Of a DNA stretch of 64,000 nucleotides, positions 27,401 to 39,837 are shown in pieces. Every line of letters starts with the position of its first letter. Position 1 is the first letter of the stretch. Below the pieces are notes generated by a model, which worked only from the letters and a program-made list of their open reading frames with translations, was not told the DNA's origin and made no database searches. The position numbers were made by a program, and so were the translations under genes. Source of the DNA: Marsupella aquatica (lineage: Eukaryota; Plantae; Marchantiophyta); NCBI GenBank assembly GCA_973895155.1, contig OZ316897.1:11617832-11681831 (forward strand), read 5' to 3'.

Positions 27401-28808
27401 CCTTGAGATATCTGCAGCCCGTTCAATGAAAACCATCACAACGATATATCAACACGACATAAAATTCTGTATTATTCAAGACAATCAGTACTTTTTTGAA
27501 GTCCGCAGCAAACGATTCTGGTGGAGGTTTGTTGAATAGATGGTAGAACTTACAGTGCCCTTATAGATGTCAAGTTTCCAAGCTCAGGAGGAATTGGTCC
27601 AAAAAAGTTGTTCTCGTGAAGCCCCCTGTACGAATGAACGAAATTTACACGACAATGAAGCATGTCATTCCCAGTATTCTTTGAAAGTAATCCAGACTCT
27701 CGAGACGCAATGTTCGTCTTTGAATGGGATGGCGAAGTCATGGATCGCCTTGCATTTGTTGCCTGATGATACTTTGAACGCAGTTAAACGTTCTCGTAAT
27801 GTGACCATGGACCGCCTGCTTTTGAGAAATTGAAGCTCAAGGTTGGACGGAACAAACCGTTTAAAACAGACAGATGGACAAAGCATTTGGAGCATCACAG
27901 GGCCTAGAATGGGCAGAGACTACAAAATAGACAGCCGGTCAGGCGAGTATGTGCGAGCAAGTTATGGTTTGCCGTCCAGCTTACAATCTCCTCAGATGAG
28001 TTAGCTTTCCGAGGACTGGCGGAATAGGTCCACTCAAGTGTCGATAGGGCAGATTCCTGCGAAGCGTTGCCAACAATCAAGTAAGATTTTGGGATTGACA
28101 TCATCTTGAGAATAGATTGACACACCTGAACTAAATTCATGTTTTCGTTGCAAAAATCACAGAGACAAAAATCGAGAACTTTGTCGAATCCTTACAGATG
28201 GGTAACAAAGGTGTTGTTCACGTCGCATCGAACACCAGTCCAGTAGCATGGATTTTCGTCGCTAGCATTCCAGTTCTGAAGGACAAATTCTGAGTTGAGA
28301 AGTTTCATCTTGAATGTCAACAGAATCCAACCTGCAGGGGTGACCAAAAGGATTCCATCGTCATATTCTAGCATCTCGATCTCTGGTTCATCCTAGATAC
28401 AAAGACAACAACGCAATCATTCGCAAAGATCGATTTCACATGCTGACTTTCTTCATTCTTACAGCTCCTTTAATGTCCGAGAAATCTACCTGGTTATACT
28501 TTAGAGTCTCGTTTACACTTCTCCTGTAATAGAACTTAAAAAGGGTGTGGTCTCAACTGACAGGAAGCTTTGGCTCGGACTGTAAGCACCGTGGCCACAA
28601 CTCTAAGGTCGTCTATGTCGCCAACAGAAAGAAATGGGCAACAGGACGTCTTTTGTCCCAAGACACGGACAACTAACTCGCCCTTTTAAGTCTGGTTTAG
28701 GATGGACGATGTTGCCATACCGTCTCGTGATAGTCCGTGGCTGGTTCTCCATTGTAGACAGAAGAGCAGGAGAATAGAAATTAACGTTCCCAACTTCGTT
28801 ACCCTCAT
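24451..28808 (-). CDS. FEI: FEI1/FEI2-like LRR receptor-like kinase (LRR-XIIIa), 13 exons, 646 aa
   Basis: Exons 28808-28721, 28331-28196, 28056-27985, 27625-27554, 27411-27340, 27229-27158, 26999-26928, 26767-26613, 26480-26307, 25977-25642, 25492-25238, 25063-24930, 24753-24451 sum to 1941 nt, all GT-AG. Signal peptide, five 72-nt LRR exons, TM segment, [36 protein letters not shown]. Confidence 0.92.
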
Positions 28809-31283
28809 TTCACATCCGTAGCTGCACGCATTACCACCGTTCCAAACGATATATTCACGAAGTCAGTTGAAGCGATGTCAAAAGCGGTATCTAACTACAA
28901 GCAGTGGCAACTAGCCCAAATGCTATTTCCCCGATACAAGCTCAAATTGCGTCCGTTTCAATTCCAGCAGACGAGAGACATTCCTACACCCACGACTGGA
29001 CGATAGAATGAATATTATCAAGGAAGCGTTTCATCGCACTTCAGTGTAAGAAAAGAAAACCGTCTACGCAGCTGAGAAGTCCACGGCTACGAATCGCTCA
29101 TTGGGGTGCACGGGGAGGTGTGACGTACGTCTGGTTCAACCTCGTTCTATACAGAAAAACTTGATGGCAAGAAAATGAAGCTAATGGCAGAGAAATCAGT
29201 CAAAGCTTTTCTCTCGACAGAAGCTACTTCGGCGGTTATGACAGAGGACCGCCCATTTACAAAAGTGTAATTCTCGACAGGACGGTCGGAGCTTCCTTAG
29301 ACAGTCGTGCGTGACTGATGTCGTGAATTCGGAGTTAAAATAAGGCATGTCTCTCGGGATCTAGCCAGGACAAAGTATGCATTGAATGCAACTCGCCAAC
29401 GTAGATAGATTGATAACTCATTAGAGTAGCTCCCGGTCTGCAGCCAGCCAGCCTCAGTCGTTTTCTATCAGAACGGGCTGAATATCAAATGAAGTTCTGT
29501 TTCTTGAACAATGTCTGTTCTTCTGCAGCCCAATGGAATTCTGTTCGAGGGCCCGAATTATGACTTAAACTCTAACTCCAAGATTATTCGACAGCATGCT
29601 CGTGCCACGAGAAAGTGTGAACGCGCTATGGCATTGGATATCCCGTCGCCGAAAACATTCATGAAGGTCTAATGGAGTCAATGTCACAAATTTTCGTAGT
29701 TTTCAGACTGGAAAGAAAGCTGCCACTATTGAATGAGCCCGTCAGGTGATCGGCGTTGGCAACTAATCATTCTGGGCCCTTCGCGAATCGTTGAGCAATG
29801 CAATATGCGACGGATGACCCTGTTCCCGGAAGAAATTATCATTCCGCCGTCTGATCCAGGCACTCTCCGCAAAAATATTACCAGGACATTGGACTCGCTC
29901 CCTATTCGTGACTTTCCAATTACCCATCATGAACATGAACCTGAGCAAACTAAATCTCCCAAGTAGTCACACCTTTAGCAGCTGTTCTCTTTCTCCAGGT
30001 AATCGAATTCATGCGAACAAATGCTCTCCCATCCGCGAAGAAACCCGAAGTGAACGATGTCGGCAAAATATCGATCTCCCTGTGTATCTCACCTTTCCTG
30101 GTACTACCAATCGAAACGAATTCAATGAGAACACAAAGCAGATAACAATTCCAAGTGCGCTGCAGCTAGCATGGTCTAACCAATGCAGACCGATACAATG
30201 GTGGCTGGTTAGCGATTCTGAGGACAACACTAAAATCGATCTCGTAGACAATAAGCCGACGACTCACAAACGGAACACGGCCACCGAGTCTAGTTAGCTC
30301 GTTTCCTAGACAACCTAGGCAAAACGGGACGAGAGGGTCTGATCGATCGCACAATGCCACTCTTTTGGCCGTCAATTCAAGGTGCTCTAGCTACTGTAAT
30401 CTCGATGATTCTCGATGATTCTGGAGCAACCCCTCATCGACCACAATCAATGCCACAGCACCTAGAACAGCACCACACCACCTTCTTTGTCGTGAATACC
30501 TTTCCTTTGCTCTACTTCTCTCTCTTGGTCTCAGTCTCAGTCTCAGTCTCTCGCTCGCTCTCAAAGCAAAAACGTCGGGACCGCGATCTTCGCCGCTTGC
30601 CGCTCAATTCCGAAAGCTCTATCTATCTACGCATTCAACACGAATTCCGCACGCACGCACGGAGGGGCTCGCGAGCGAGACAGGCAGCCCGATCGATCGA
30701 TCGACCCACTCGACTACTACACACAGTCTAGAAGCGTTCACGAAATCGATCATTCGAGCTCAGAGCTCACTGAACGACCGAATCATCCGTCCATTCGAGA
30801 ATTGAGAAGACGAGAAAGAATTTGAGAGAGAACTCAAGCTAGAAAAGGAAAATTCCACGACTAACTACTATTTTTCATCATCACATCATCACATCATCAT
30901 GTCTTGTTTCAATCAATCAATCAATCCAGTCAATCAATTCAATAATCGATCAGCCGAGCCGTCAACGTTAATCGAGTGCACCATTCCGCCACTGGGTTCC
31001 ACTGTTTGTTAGCTGTAGTGTTGTTTTGCTCTCACTCCTTTGCGTGGACTCATCCACATATCGTCGGTCAAGCTCAGAAGAAATTTCTCTCCCTCACGAC
31101 GAATGCGGGCAGCAGCCGATTTTGCGTTAGGGAGATTGGGAGAATGAAAGTCCTCCGCTTCGGACATCGGCCCCTAGAGGTGACCGTTGGGGGGGGCGTT
31201 GCGGGGGCGCTGCCCTCATCCGTTCGGCCGAGCGGTCTGGGCAGGAGGGCAACGGGGCAGGGCAACTCGAAAGAAAAAACCAG

Positions 31284-31394
31284 CGGCTGAGTGAAACAGC
31301 GCCTTAAATCTACGGCTGAGTGAAACATTAAATCGACGGCTGAGTGAAACCGCGCATTATTTCTACGGCTGAGTGAAACCGCACCTTAAATCTA
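31284..31394. repeat. Four copies of CGGCTGAGTGAAAC (subterminal-type short repeat array)
   Basis: Copies start at 31284, 31313, 31337 and 31366. Confidence 0.9.
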
Positions 31395-32252
31395 AGTCAG
31401 TCTTACAACGCATGTTGTCCAAATCATAAATCAAGTGTATTTGTTGATGTCAATTATATATATAGTGTATTTGTTTATATTATGGTGTAGAGAGTGCATT
31501 AGCTTGATATAGATTTAACACTCAATCTGAGTGAATTGTTTTGGACCATCTTGTGTCATATGCAAATTGTTTAGGACCATCTTGTGTCACCTGCAACTGC
31601 GCGTTAAACTTTAAGTTAGTCTTACAACCACAACATAACCCAAGACACATGTCAATCATTTTATTTATAAATTCTAAATATAATGGTTTATGTTCTGGTA
31701 TACTAAGCTCATTAAGTTAACATACATTTAACATGCGATGTAAGTGAATTGTTTAGGACCGTCTTGTGTCATGTGAGATTCCGTGTGTTGTCGGTTTGGG
31801 CACCAGTGTATTGTTTTGTTTGTTTGTTGGGTTTTCGTTCTTTTATTTTTCTGTTGAAGAGGCCGTGCTACAGCAGCCCAGAGTGACGTCGGTAGCAACT
31901 CTGACTTCAATGAGACGGTCAGACCAGCCCTATCCGACACGTCACACTAGCATGTCTCAAACTCATTGCTTTTTCAGTAAGCTGCTATGTAAGAAATCAA
32001 ACCCCGTATTACTACAGTTCGCTCAAAGAGCCGATGCTGCATCTGATCTAACGGAGGATTGCGTACTCTCACTTTTGGAGGTTATATGGGCCGTAGATTG
32101 ATCATCTCGTTTCATGTGGACACTGTACACACTGATACAACACAGGCACTTGAAGTGTGTCCACCCTTGGAGGACTTCCAAGCAGTGGTCACCAAATGTT
32201 ATGGGCAAATCTCATACCAACCAACACTGGCTAAGCAAGCTTTGAGGGAGTT

Positions 32253-32846
32253 GTGGAGTCTATCTTGAAACAAGAAGCCCAGCAGAATGTGGGAATGCTG
32301 GAGCGAGAATCAGGTCGCGAGGCACTGGAGCCTGTCGAAGGGACAGACAAAACTACCGTCAGGAAACGAGGATGGGTAGACAAATTGATAGGGGCAAACC
32401 AAAAAACCAGGCGCAAAGGTACAAAGGGGAAGTCAGGCAATGACAGCTCCAACAAAGAAAATGAGGCACCATATCCCCAAGGGGACTTGTGCAATCTTGT
32501 GTGTGGACCCAACGCACCGGAGAAAATACAAATCAAACTTAAGGAGAAGCAGCCTTCATTCCAAGCTAAATTCGAGAAGGATTCTGTAGCAGCGCTAGCA
32601 GACATGTGCCAAGCCATCTCAGACCGAGCGAACACCGTAGTAGATGGGAAGTCAGAACGGCCAAACCAGGCAAAGCCTAGGAGGACCAGAAAGAATCGAG
32701 TAGCACCACCTTTTCCGCTTCAAGAATTGCTCACCCAGGCTTCGCAAACTGTCGTGTTCGATCAAAGCGCCGGTAACCAAGGCAAACACGGACCTCATTG
32801 GAAATATCCATATTGGGTCCAGCCAAGCCTGGGCTATGTCGCCTAA
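32253..32846 (+). CDS. Hypothetical protein (197-aa ORF, probably part of a broken gene)
   Basis: Long open frame, K/E-rich; no recognisable motif. Confidence 0.3.
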   Translation: MESILKQEAQQNVGMLERESGREALEPVEGTDKTTVRKRGWVDKLIGANQKTRRKGTKGKSGNDSSNKENEAPYPQGDLCNLVCGPNAPEKIQIKLKEKQPSFQAKFEKDSVAALADMCQAISDRANTVVDGKSERPNQAKPRRTRKNRVAPPFPLQELLTQASQTVVFDQSAGNQGKHGPHWKYPYWVQPSLGYVA

Positions 32847-33099
32847 CTTTGCTGAACTTGTAGACTCATTCTCAATAGGAGTTACAGGAAATGTCACCCA
32901 TAGTCTGAAGCCGTCATCACATGACATTATAGTATCCATCTCGGATGAATAGTGACAATTTTGACTATGGCACTGTGCAATATGTCACTTCTTTCGTAAT
33001 GGACGTCAACCATTCTCTCAAATATGTAATTAAGTCATTCATGCATGCGTCATCCCCGATCATCCGCGCCGCAGGTGTTGTCAAATCCATGGCTGAAAT

Positions 33100-35630
33100 T
33101 GCTTATAGCCACATAAGAAATATGTAAGGAATACAAGTTTCAAAGAAGTGTAAAGAATCCTTTTTTATTAAACTCACGGCGCCACTGACAAGTAAGACAA
33201 AAAGTTGCAGACCGTGTATAACCGTGGCATTGTCAGCTATGACAATGTATGTTTCACTGGATCCAACAGAACCTACGATGAGCACATGTGCTCTTACAAA
33301 AAGGGTTGGCGATATGAAAACTGTGTACATATATAAGGAAACACTACATCTTGGGCAGCTGCTATGCAAACTGTGTATGACTGAGGCCCTTCATGGTTTG
33401 GATCTATTACGTAGTAGGCACTCTGTGTTTCTGCCTACATGCTATCCTCACCACTAGACAAACTTGCGTCTGCTTCGTCCTGCTCAGCTGCTGGAGAGAC
33501 AGTGTCAAACATGTCTGCTGCCAGTTGATCAATGATGCGTTCCTCGTCCTTGCATTCGCCGTCAGACTCCGAAATTGGCCCGTCGTCTGAAGTGTCGGTC
33601 CAAGCAGCCTCTGCTTCAATCTGCAACGATTGCCAATGCGCGTCCCCGTCAATAAATTTATGAATATTAAGAAACTATTGTATGTACTATGTACATAAAT
33701 TGTGGGATTGGAAAGAATACCTGTTTCTTTGCAAAAGTGTCAGTACAGGAGTGGGCCTTCTTGTACAGGGCAACCATGTTGGGTATATATGATTCAATGG
33801 CCTTGGATTTTCGTTCTGCCTTCCACTTTTGGTACTCGCAGTCCCCCATAGTCTGAAAGAGTGGCCACCCATGTTCTTCCTCCCACAACATACTATCACG
33901 TTTACAACGCATCCACTTGAGAGCATCTTGGCAAAGAGATGTTCTCTACACCGCCATGGCATCATGGACTTCAATTGCAGAGAAGTCGGCCTCCAATGGT
34001 TCAAAGAAATTCCTTAGAGCCGTGGCAGTTCGGGATAATCTTCCAATTTGAAATTCATCCAAGTGGGCATATTCATTGTCTGAAATGTCATTCAGAGCAT
34101 TGGTGGTCGAGTTACATACGTTATCTGAATGTGGGCATTGCAAAATTAAGGCTTGCAAGCAAGCCCAGTCGCGGTCATTAGCTAAACTGTCCCATGCATG
34201 GAAATCCAGATTAACCATGATGAGTTCAAAGAACATAATGAATATGTTCTTAGATGGAACAAAAGGTTGGGGATGCTGTTCACGGTTTTCTTCAAACCGT
34301 GTGACAAATTTGGATTGAGTCGCTGCCCTGCACCATTCACATTTGAACAATATATAAGCAAGCGACACAAACAATACAAAATGAGATTGCACTGATAGTG
34401 AATTGAATATGACACAATGGACTAACTTCATCCGCCATTTAGCCATGCTCCACCGTTGTCGCAGTGACCCCGTTGCGTTTCCGAAATTGGATGATGTCTG
34501 AGCTGTTGGCTGTTTTCGGCGAGCAACATTCCTGATCTCACGCTGTTGCTGTGCTACTGGGTCTCTTGTATACAATGAGGTCGGGGTTCCATCACTAATG
34601 AGTCCATGCTTTTTGTATGCATGGCAGCCATATGTCCGCAGGTTTTTGAAGGCAACATTCTTGCAAGGCAGCATCTTGCACACAGCTCCATGGCCATATT
34701 GGGAGAAATGAACTCCCTCTTTAGCTCGGCAAGTCACGCCTGACTCCTGCTTAGAAGTCAAAATCATTAATTTGTTCATGGCATGTAATGCGCAACATGT
34801 AATGCAACATGCATGTCGACAAATATTGACCTACAATCTTACCGCTTTGCAGTGGCCACAGAGTTCACCTAAGGCTGCACATTTGCAGAAATGTGCAGCC
34901 TTTGGCTCGTAATTCCCCTTTGTAGACGGTGCATGTATTTCAAGAACTTGGTCATTTGTGGAGCTGGTGTTGGGCACATGTCGCTCTTCTTCTTGAACAG
35001 GACCCTTCGCGCTTCTTCTTGTACATCTTGGTTGCTCCCTGTATTGGACCCCAACCTTTGCTCTTCGAGGAGTAAACCGCGTTGGTTTGACATGGTCACT
35101 GTTATGCCTTGTTTTCTTTGCACTTGTTAGGCGGGGCGAATTGGATGACAATGCAAGTATCACGTGGACACCCTGGGTTTCTTCGTCGTGATTGGCAATA
35201 TCTTCAGTGTTGAGCACTGAGGACGTGGGCTGACAGGACGCGTGCTCGGGGGCCGGTGGACCTGCTGAAGCCAGCACTGGAGTCAGAGAAGGAGGTCCTT
35301 ATGGCACAACAGACAATTCCAGACTTGGGCCATTCGTAGCGGCAGGTGGTGCTGGCAGAGCCAGCACTGGGACCACAGTGGAATGTAACATGATTATAGC
35401 CAAAATCTGTTGCTGACCGTCCCACATACATTGCCTTTTTTGCAACCCTGAATTCAAAATAGGGGAAATGAGTAACTTTAAACTTTATGAATAAACCCAA
35501 ATGTAATCATGTAAAGCACAAAGTAAAGTAAAGAACGATTACATAACGTGTGAAAGAAGAATCGCAGCTACACAGAATGGTTCGTACCTGGATGTTTGTC
35601 CTTAGGCTCATTGGATCTTCACACCTGCAG
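33100..35630 (-). pseudogene. Multi-exon hypothetical gene with a C2H2-like zinc finger, probably disrupted
   Basis: Same-strand ORFs 34831-35277, 33946-34779 (CKMLPC..TYGCHAYKKH), 33667-33912 and 33435-33626 (acidic tract), separated by intron-like AT-rich segments. Confidence 0.35.
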
Positions 35631-36143
35631 GTTCAATAATGCAATCATATGCCACGCTTAGTGAAACCATTACTTATTTGCATTGTACGCTGTTGTTGAT
35701 ACAATGATTGGAATACGCTTCATATTATGGAAACGGGGACTCTCCTATGGTGAGGTAAGGCAATGAAAGGCTGTGATGGTAAGTTATCGTTCGACTCAGA
35801 TTCATCCTTGAACTTACCGGATAGTCGTCACAGTGGCATACAAGATTGCACGGAAGTGAAACTGGGAAGCCAGCATGCATACAAGCAGAACAAAATTCCA
35901 TTCATTTATTCAAACAAAGAAATAGTGACAAGTAGGCTGAATGAAATTCAGACACATGTGTGGATATTGTGAAAAGCACAAAATTGCGTCAGTAGAATAT
36001 AATACATAGTCTGGCTGGTAGTCCAACTTCTTTGCCCAGAAAACCAAGAATATTTCTATATTCTTGGCATCTGGTTGACATATAGTTGCCTGAAACTGCC
36101 ACTACAATTCAAGTATGCTAATCGCGCTATGCTTAAGGTATGA

Positions 36144-37022
36144 CTATGAACTCCGTCTAGAGTAGGCATCCAATGACGAATTCAGAACTTCTGCTAAGCG
36201 TCTCACAAGGGAACCAATGCCGCCTTGCTTGGTTGAGTCGTCCACTTCATCGGGCCCCTGTACCACCTCTGACTTGGCTGTGCTGTATGAGGAGGATGGC
36301 TGGGAGTTTATGATTGGTGATTGTGCCTGCTTTGCAAGTGGTGTTTGTCGCATTGGTGGGGGTGCGAGTGAAGAGTCTATACTTGCAGAAAATGCTGGAA
36401 CGACATTGAACTGCGGCTGTGGGGGAGTACGTATAGGGTCCGGTGAATGCGCCCCTCGCAATCCCTGGCGCCCGGGCCGCCCTGGGGTTCGAGTTTGTGT
36501 CCACAAGCGTGACTGCGGCAGCGTGTTGTTTGATGCAACAATGTCCAACTCGTGGACAGATAGAATTCCGCGGTTGATTCGAAATACCACATTGCACAAC
36601 GGGGCATGCTTCACCCAATCATGGATGGCCTGGAACTGATCAACTGGCTCCATACACGCTAATGCACTGGCAGAGAGGCCCACTAACTCTCTGGCGGCAT
36701 CCCAAATGGCAGCTCGTAGTGCAGGCTTGCCATAATTTGGATGCAAACTAGCATCCGTAAACAAAACCTCAAACCGAAAGAATTCAGAAGTGTACATGCC
36801 ATTCTGTATGGCATCATGCTCACAATGCTTGTCTCTAGGACCTTCGATTGAAATCTTACACATACCTCGCTGAATGACCTCTGTACAGCCCCGATAGATG
36901 AATTTCTTCGGGAAAGGATTGGAGGCGATGAAATTTACTGCCACTACAGTACATGGTCCTAAAAAACCCGTCTCCTCTTTCATGACAGCACTTTGTACAT
37001 CGAAAAGAGTTATGGTTGACAT
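36144..37022 (-). CDS. RPA70 C-terminal (DBD-C)-like OB-fold/zinc-ribbon protein with Pro/Ser-rich tail, 292 aa
   Basis: FIYRGC....C....C.H...FRFEVLFTD....AAIWDAARELVGLSA parallels the RPA1 DBD-C pattern YxAC..C...C....RY.l...i.D.tg......Fd..a..llG.sa. Intronless. Confidence 0.55.
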   Translation of the reverse strand: MSTITLFDVQSAVMKEETGFLGPCTVVAVNFIASNPFPKKFIYRGCTEVIQRGMCKISIEGPRDKHCEHDAIQNGMYTSEFFRFEVLFTDASLHPNYGKPALRAAIWDAARELVGLSASALACMEPVDQFQAIHDWVKHAPLCNVVFRINRGILSVHELDIVASNNTLPQSRLWTQTRTPGRPGRQGLRGAHSPDPIRTPPQPQFNVVPAFSASIDSSLAPPPMRQTPLAKQAQSPIINSQPSSSYSTAKSEVVQGPDEVDDSTKQGGIGSLVRRLAEVLNSSLDAYSRRSS

Positions 37023-39055
37023 ATGTCTTACCGTCTACAAATGTTCTGCTTCTGCACTCCTACGAGATGAACAAATGACAAAGTAGACTCTCTGCAACAA
37101 CAACGTAAGCCTGCATACAGAACACGACACTCGTTCAGCGCTTTAAGTATAATGGACAATACCTAAACATTTCACAAGAGTTTTACTAAGAAAAGGGTCT
37201 AGAGCACACACTCTCCCGATGCGCTTCACTGTGGAATGACGTGCGTCCAGTGTAAGAAATGTCGAGTATGCAGAGTAGGTCGTCGCAATTGCATTAGGCG
37301 GGAATAGAATGTGCGACACAACATTGACATGGGTATTGAGTAACAAATGGGACCATTTGCCCAGGCCCACACGCAACCTACCATAAACGTAAGTATGTAA
37401 AGTGAAGATTAGTCATCCCTAATACGCGTATGAGCTTTGTATCAATGAGGACCCGAGAGGCTGCTTGGCGGGTCGGGCGGCAGTGGGCCCGGGACCGATC
37501 GCGCGGAGTTAGGGACAGCTGGGTGCAGCGCGAAGGGACAACCTTTTGGGGCAATGGTTCACGCTCGGGACAGTCTGCCCGAATGGACCCTAAACTGAAT
37601 GTAAACTGCCCGAAACACTAATTACGTGTAATCACCCAGGTTTCACTGTAACCGGGCAATGTTGATGCATTAATGTGCATCCATATTGCCAATCGCGCTG
37701 ACTTTTCTGTTGCTTTACTACATGTGTTTTGAATTAATTTTCTGCCGCTCTCTGTGGGTCTAATTATGGATTCAAAGGAAGTTGTTCACCATTAGCACGT
37801 GCAACATTCGTCAGCAAATCCGAATATTTAATGAGCATTAAGTAAAGCTTGATAGAGATGACAAGTTTTTGAGGCAAAGCTTTTCTCTTGGTTCCCTTTG
37901 TTTGGGAAATAATCGTTCATTGATAAGGCATTAATTAGTGGTCGAGAATTGACAGCAGCCTTTTGAGGAAATTAATGTCCGATGCCCAACTCGTGTTACT
38001 GTCTTTTCTTTGAACGGGAAACTGCTGTGCCCCGTGGGGGTTACCTACTGTACCTATCCTGCCCATTGGGAAAAGGCCTTATCGTACCATCGACCACCTA
38101 AATTTGTGGGGCAATCTTGAAGGGCGGCAACTCATTCATGCAGACTCGATCATTGACCACCCCTGAGTTTGAGGCGTAGCATTTCTGAGGAACCACAGAT
38201 TTTTAACCCACAACCCGTCCCACAACATTCGAGTCTCGTAAAATCCTCCACGGAACAGCTCGTTTGAGATGCCATACTGTAGTACTTGGTTTTAGCCCTG
38301 CTGTAGAGCTTGGATTTAACCCTCCAAAAGGACAAACCCAGAATATCTTTCCTTGTTCTAATGTTAGTATAGTCCTAAATACTTTCAGATGGACAGCTTG
38401 TCTCTCAGGTCACCGTGCTAGCACTCCCAAACTTCCTAGGATTCGGCCAGAGAAGGGTTCACGTGGCTCATTGTGCCTCTTGCTACCTTATAATGGCAAA
38501 CAAATTTCTAGTCATAATCATAGATAAAGGAATCATGATTCAGTTCACCGTGGCCAATTTCATATATCTTCACAGCCCATGCGATCTACCTTCAATTTCA
38601 ATCAACAGCTGACAAGCTGGCAAAACGCAACATAGCAACAATCACAGAAGGATTCCACCGTTGTGTATTTCCCTTTCGACTGCCAGCATCTCTATAGCCC
38701 TGAGTGGTCTAAATTTTCTCTGAGAGCAAGCAACAAAATTTCAAACCGTGATCTTGCTGTGTCACCCTGGTTCTGCAGCAGTAGCCCCATCAATGGACAT
38801 GATGATCAGCCCTCAGATCAGCCTTCATGGGCGACGAACAACAAACCCATCCAACGTGTCATTTCGTGATTTTGGTTTTTTTGATGGAGGAGCTGAGTGT
38901 GCCTCTCTATCTCAGTTTGCAGTAGACGGGACTCTGCTGGACTGTGGCGACTTGGATTGCAATCATAAGCTACAGATTAACTCTGCTGGACCTAGGATGT
39001 GCTGGGAGATGAACAAAGATGACCCTAAGCTTTGCGACTAAGTAAGTCACTCATG

Positions 39056-39387
39056 AACCAATTGGCTTAAGTCAATTGGCTAGGGGATTTGCCTGGAACT
39101 GAGAGGTCCCAGGTTCAATCCCCCCTCCACACACTGGGATGTGGAGGATATTTGTGTGTGGGTGGAATGGGTTTTGTGGGTAGTGGATTGGAGTTCTGAT
39201 TATCTGCTCGGCCCCTGGTCGTCCACTTTGTGGTCCTGATTTAATCCTCTCTCCTTCCTGGTGCAGGTCCCTGTCGGATCCGTTGGGGCTCACCCTGGTC
39301 TGGGTTCCCTACAGAAAAATTGTCACATTGGGATGGGGGGAGTCTAATTGTATTTCCTCCCCATTTCAGTTCAAGACAAAAAAAAAA
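39056..39387 (+). mobile_element. tRNA-derived SINE with poly(A) tail and 16-bp TSD
   Basis: A-box-like TGGCTTAAGTCAATTGG and B-box GGTTCAATCCC (~39112), a 3' stem-loop, an A10 tail, and TSD AAGTAAGTCACTCATG at 39040-39055 and 39386-39401. Confidence 0.88.
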
Positions 39388-39516
39388 GTAAGTCACTCAT
39401 GCCCACCCTGGTCTGGGTTCCCTACAGAAAAATTGTCACATTGGGATGGGGGGAGTCTAATTGTATTTCCTCCCCATTTCAGTTCAAGACAAAAAAAAAA
39501 GTAAGTCACTCATGCC
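39291..39516. repeat. Perfect 113-bp tandem duplication of the SINE 3' end plus TSD
   Basis: 39291-39403 is identical to 39404-39516, including the length of the A run. Confidence 0.9.
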
Positions 39517-39663
39517 CGTAAAGCCAATAAAGAAATCTGACCCTAAACGACTAGGAATGCATATTCTCCTATCAACAGATAAGACCCTCCCCTGATGAAG
39601 CTTTGCTTTCTAAACAAATTTATGTCCTCTCTTCACCCGTCAGGTACACCAGAAACAGCACGA

Positions 39664-39837
39664 CAGTGAGGACTTATGTCCAGTTACAGCGCAGTGTCAA
39701 GATACACTCGTGCAATTCTAGCAGTGAAGACTTATGTCCAGTTACAGCGCAGTGTCAAGACACACTCGTGCAACTCTAGCAGTGAGGACTTATGTCCAGA
39801 TACAGCGCAGTGTCAAGATACACTCGTGCAATTCTAG
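39664..39837. repeat. 58-bp minisatellite, 3 copies
   Basis: CAGTGAGGACTTATGTCCAG..CAGCGCAGTGTCAAGA.ACACTCGTGCAA.TCTAG at 39664, 39722 and 39780. Confidence 0.92.

Larger units (their letters stand above)
31178..38099. mobile_element. Putative unclassified mobile/cargo island (Helitron- or MULE-like) between FEI and TYW1
   Basis: Orphan broken ORFs, an RPA70-C-like OB-fold ORF, a short repeat array at the left end, and weak inverted motif correspondence between the two ends. No transposase or helicase recognised. Confidence 0.4.

Noticed and set aside
3534-28808. RALF and FEI-like kinase as a functional ligand-receptor cluster
   Set aside because: They are 20 kb apart with unrelated DNA between them, and the established RALF receptors are CrRLK1L/LLG/LRX. 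Proximity alone is not evidence.
29733-30731. Short ORFs upstream of the LRR-RLK
   Set aside because: No motifs; consistent with the kinase gene's long 5' UTR, intron and promoter.
39056-39130. Functional tRNA gene
   Set aside because: No complete cloverleaf; it is followed by a SINE body, poly(A) and TSD.
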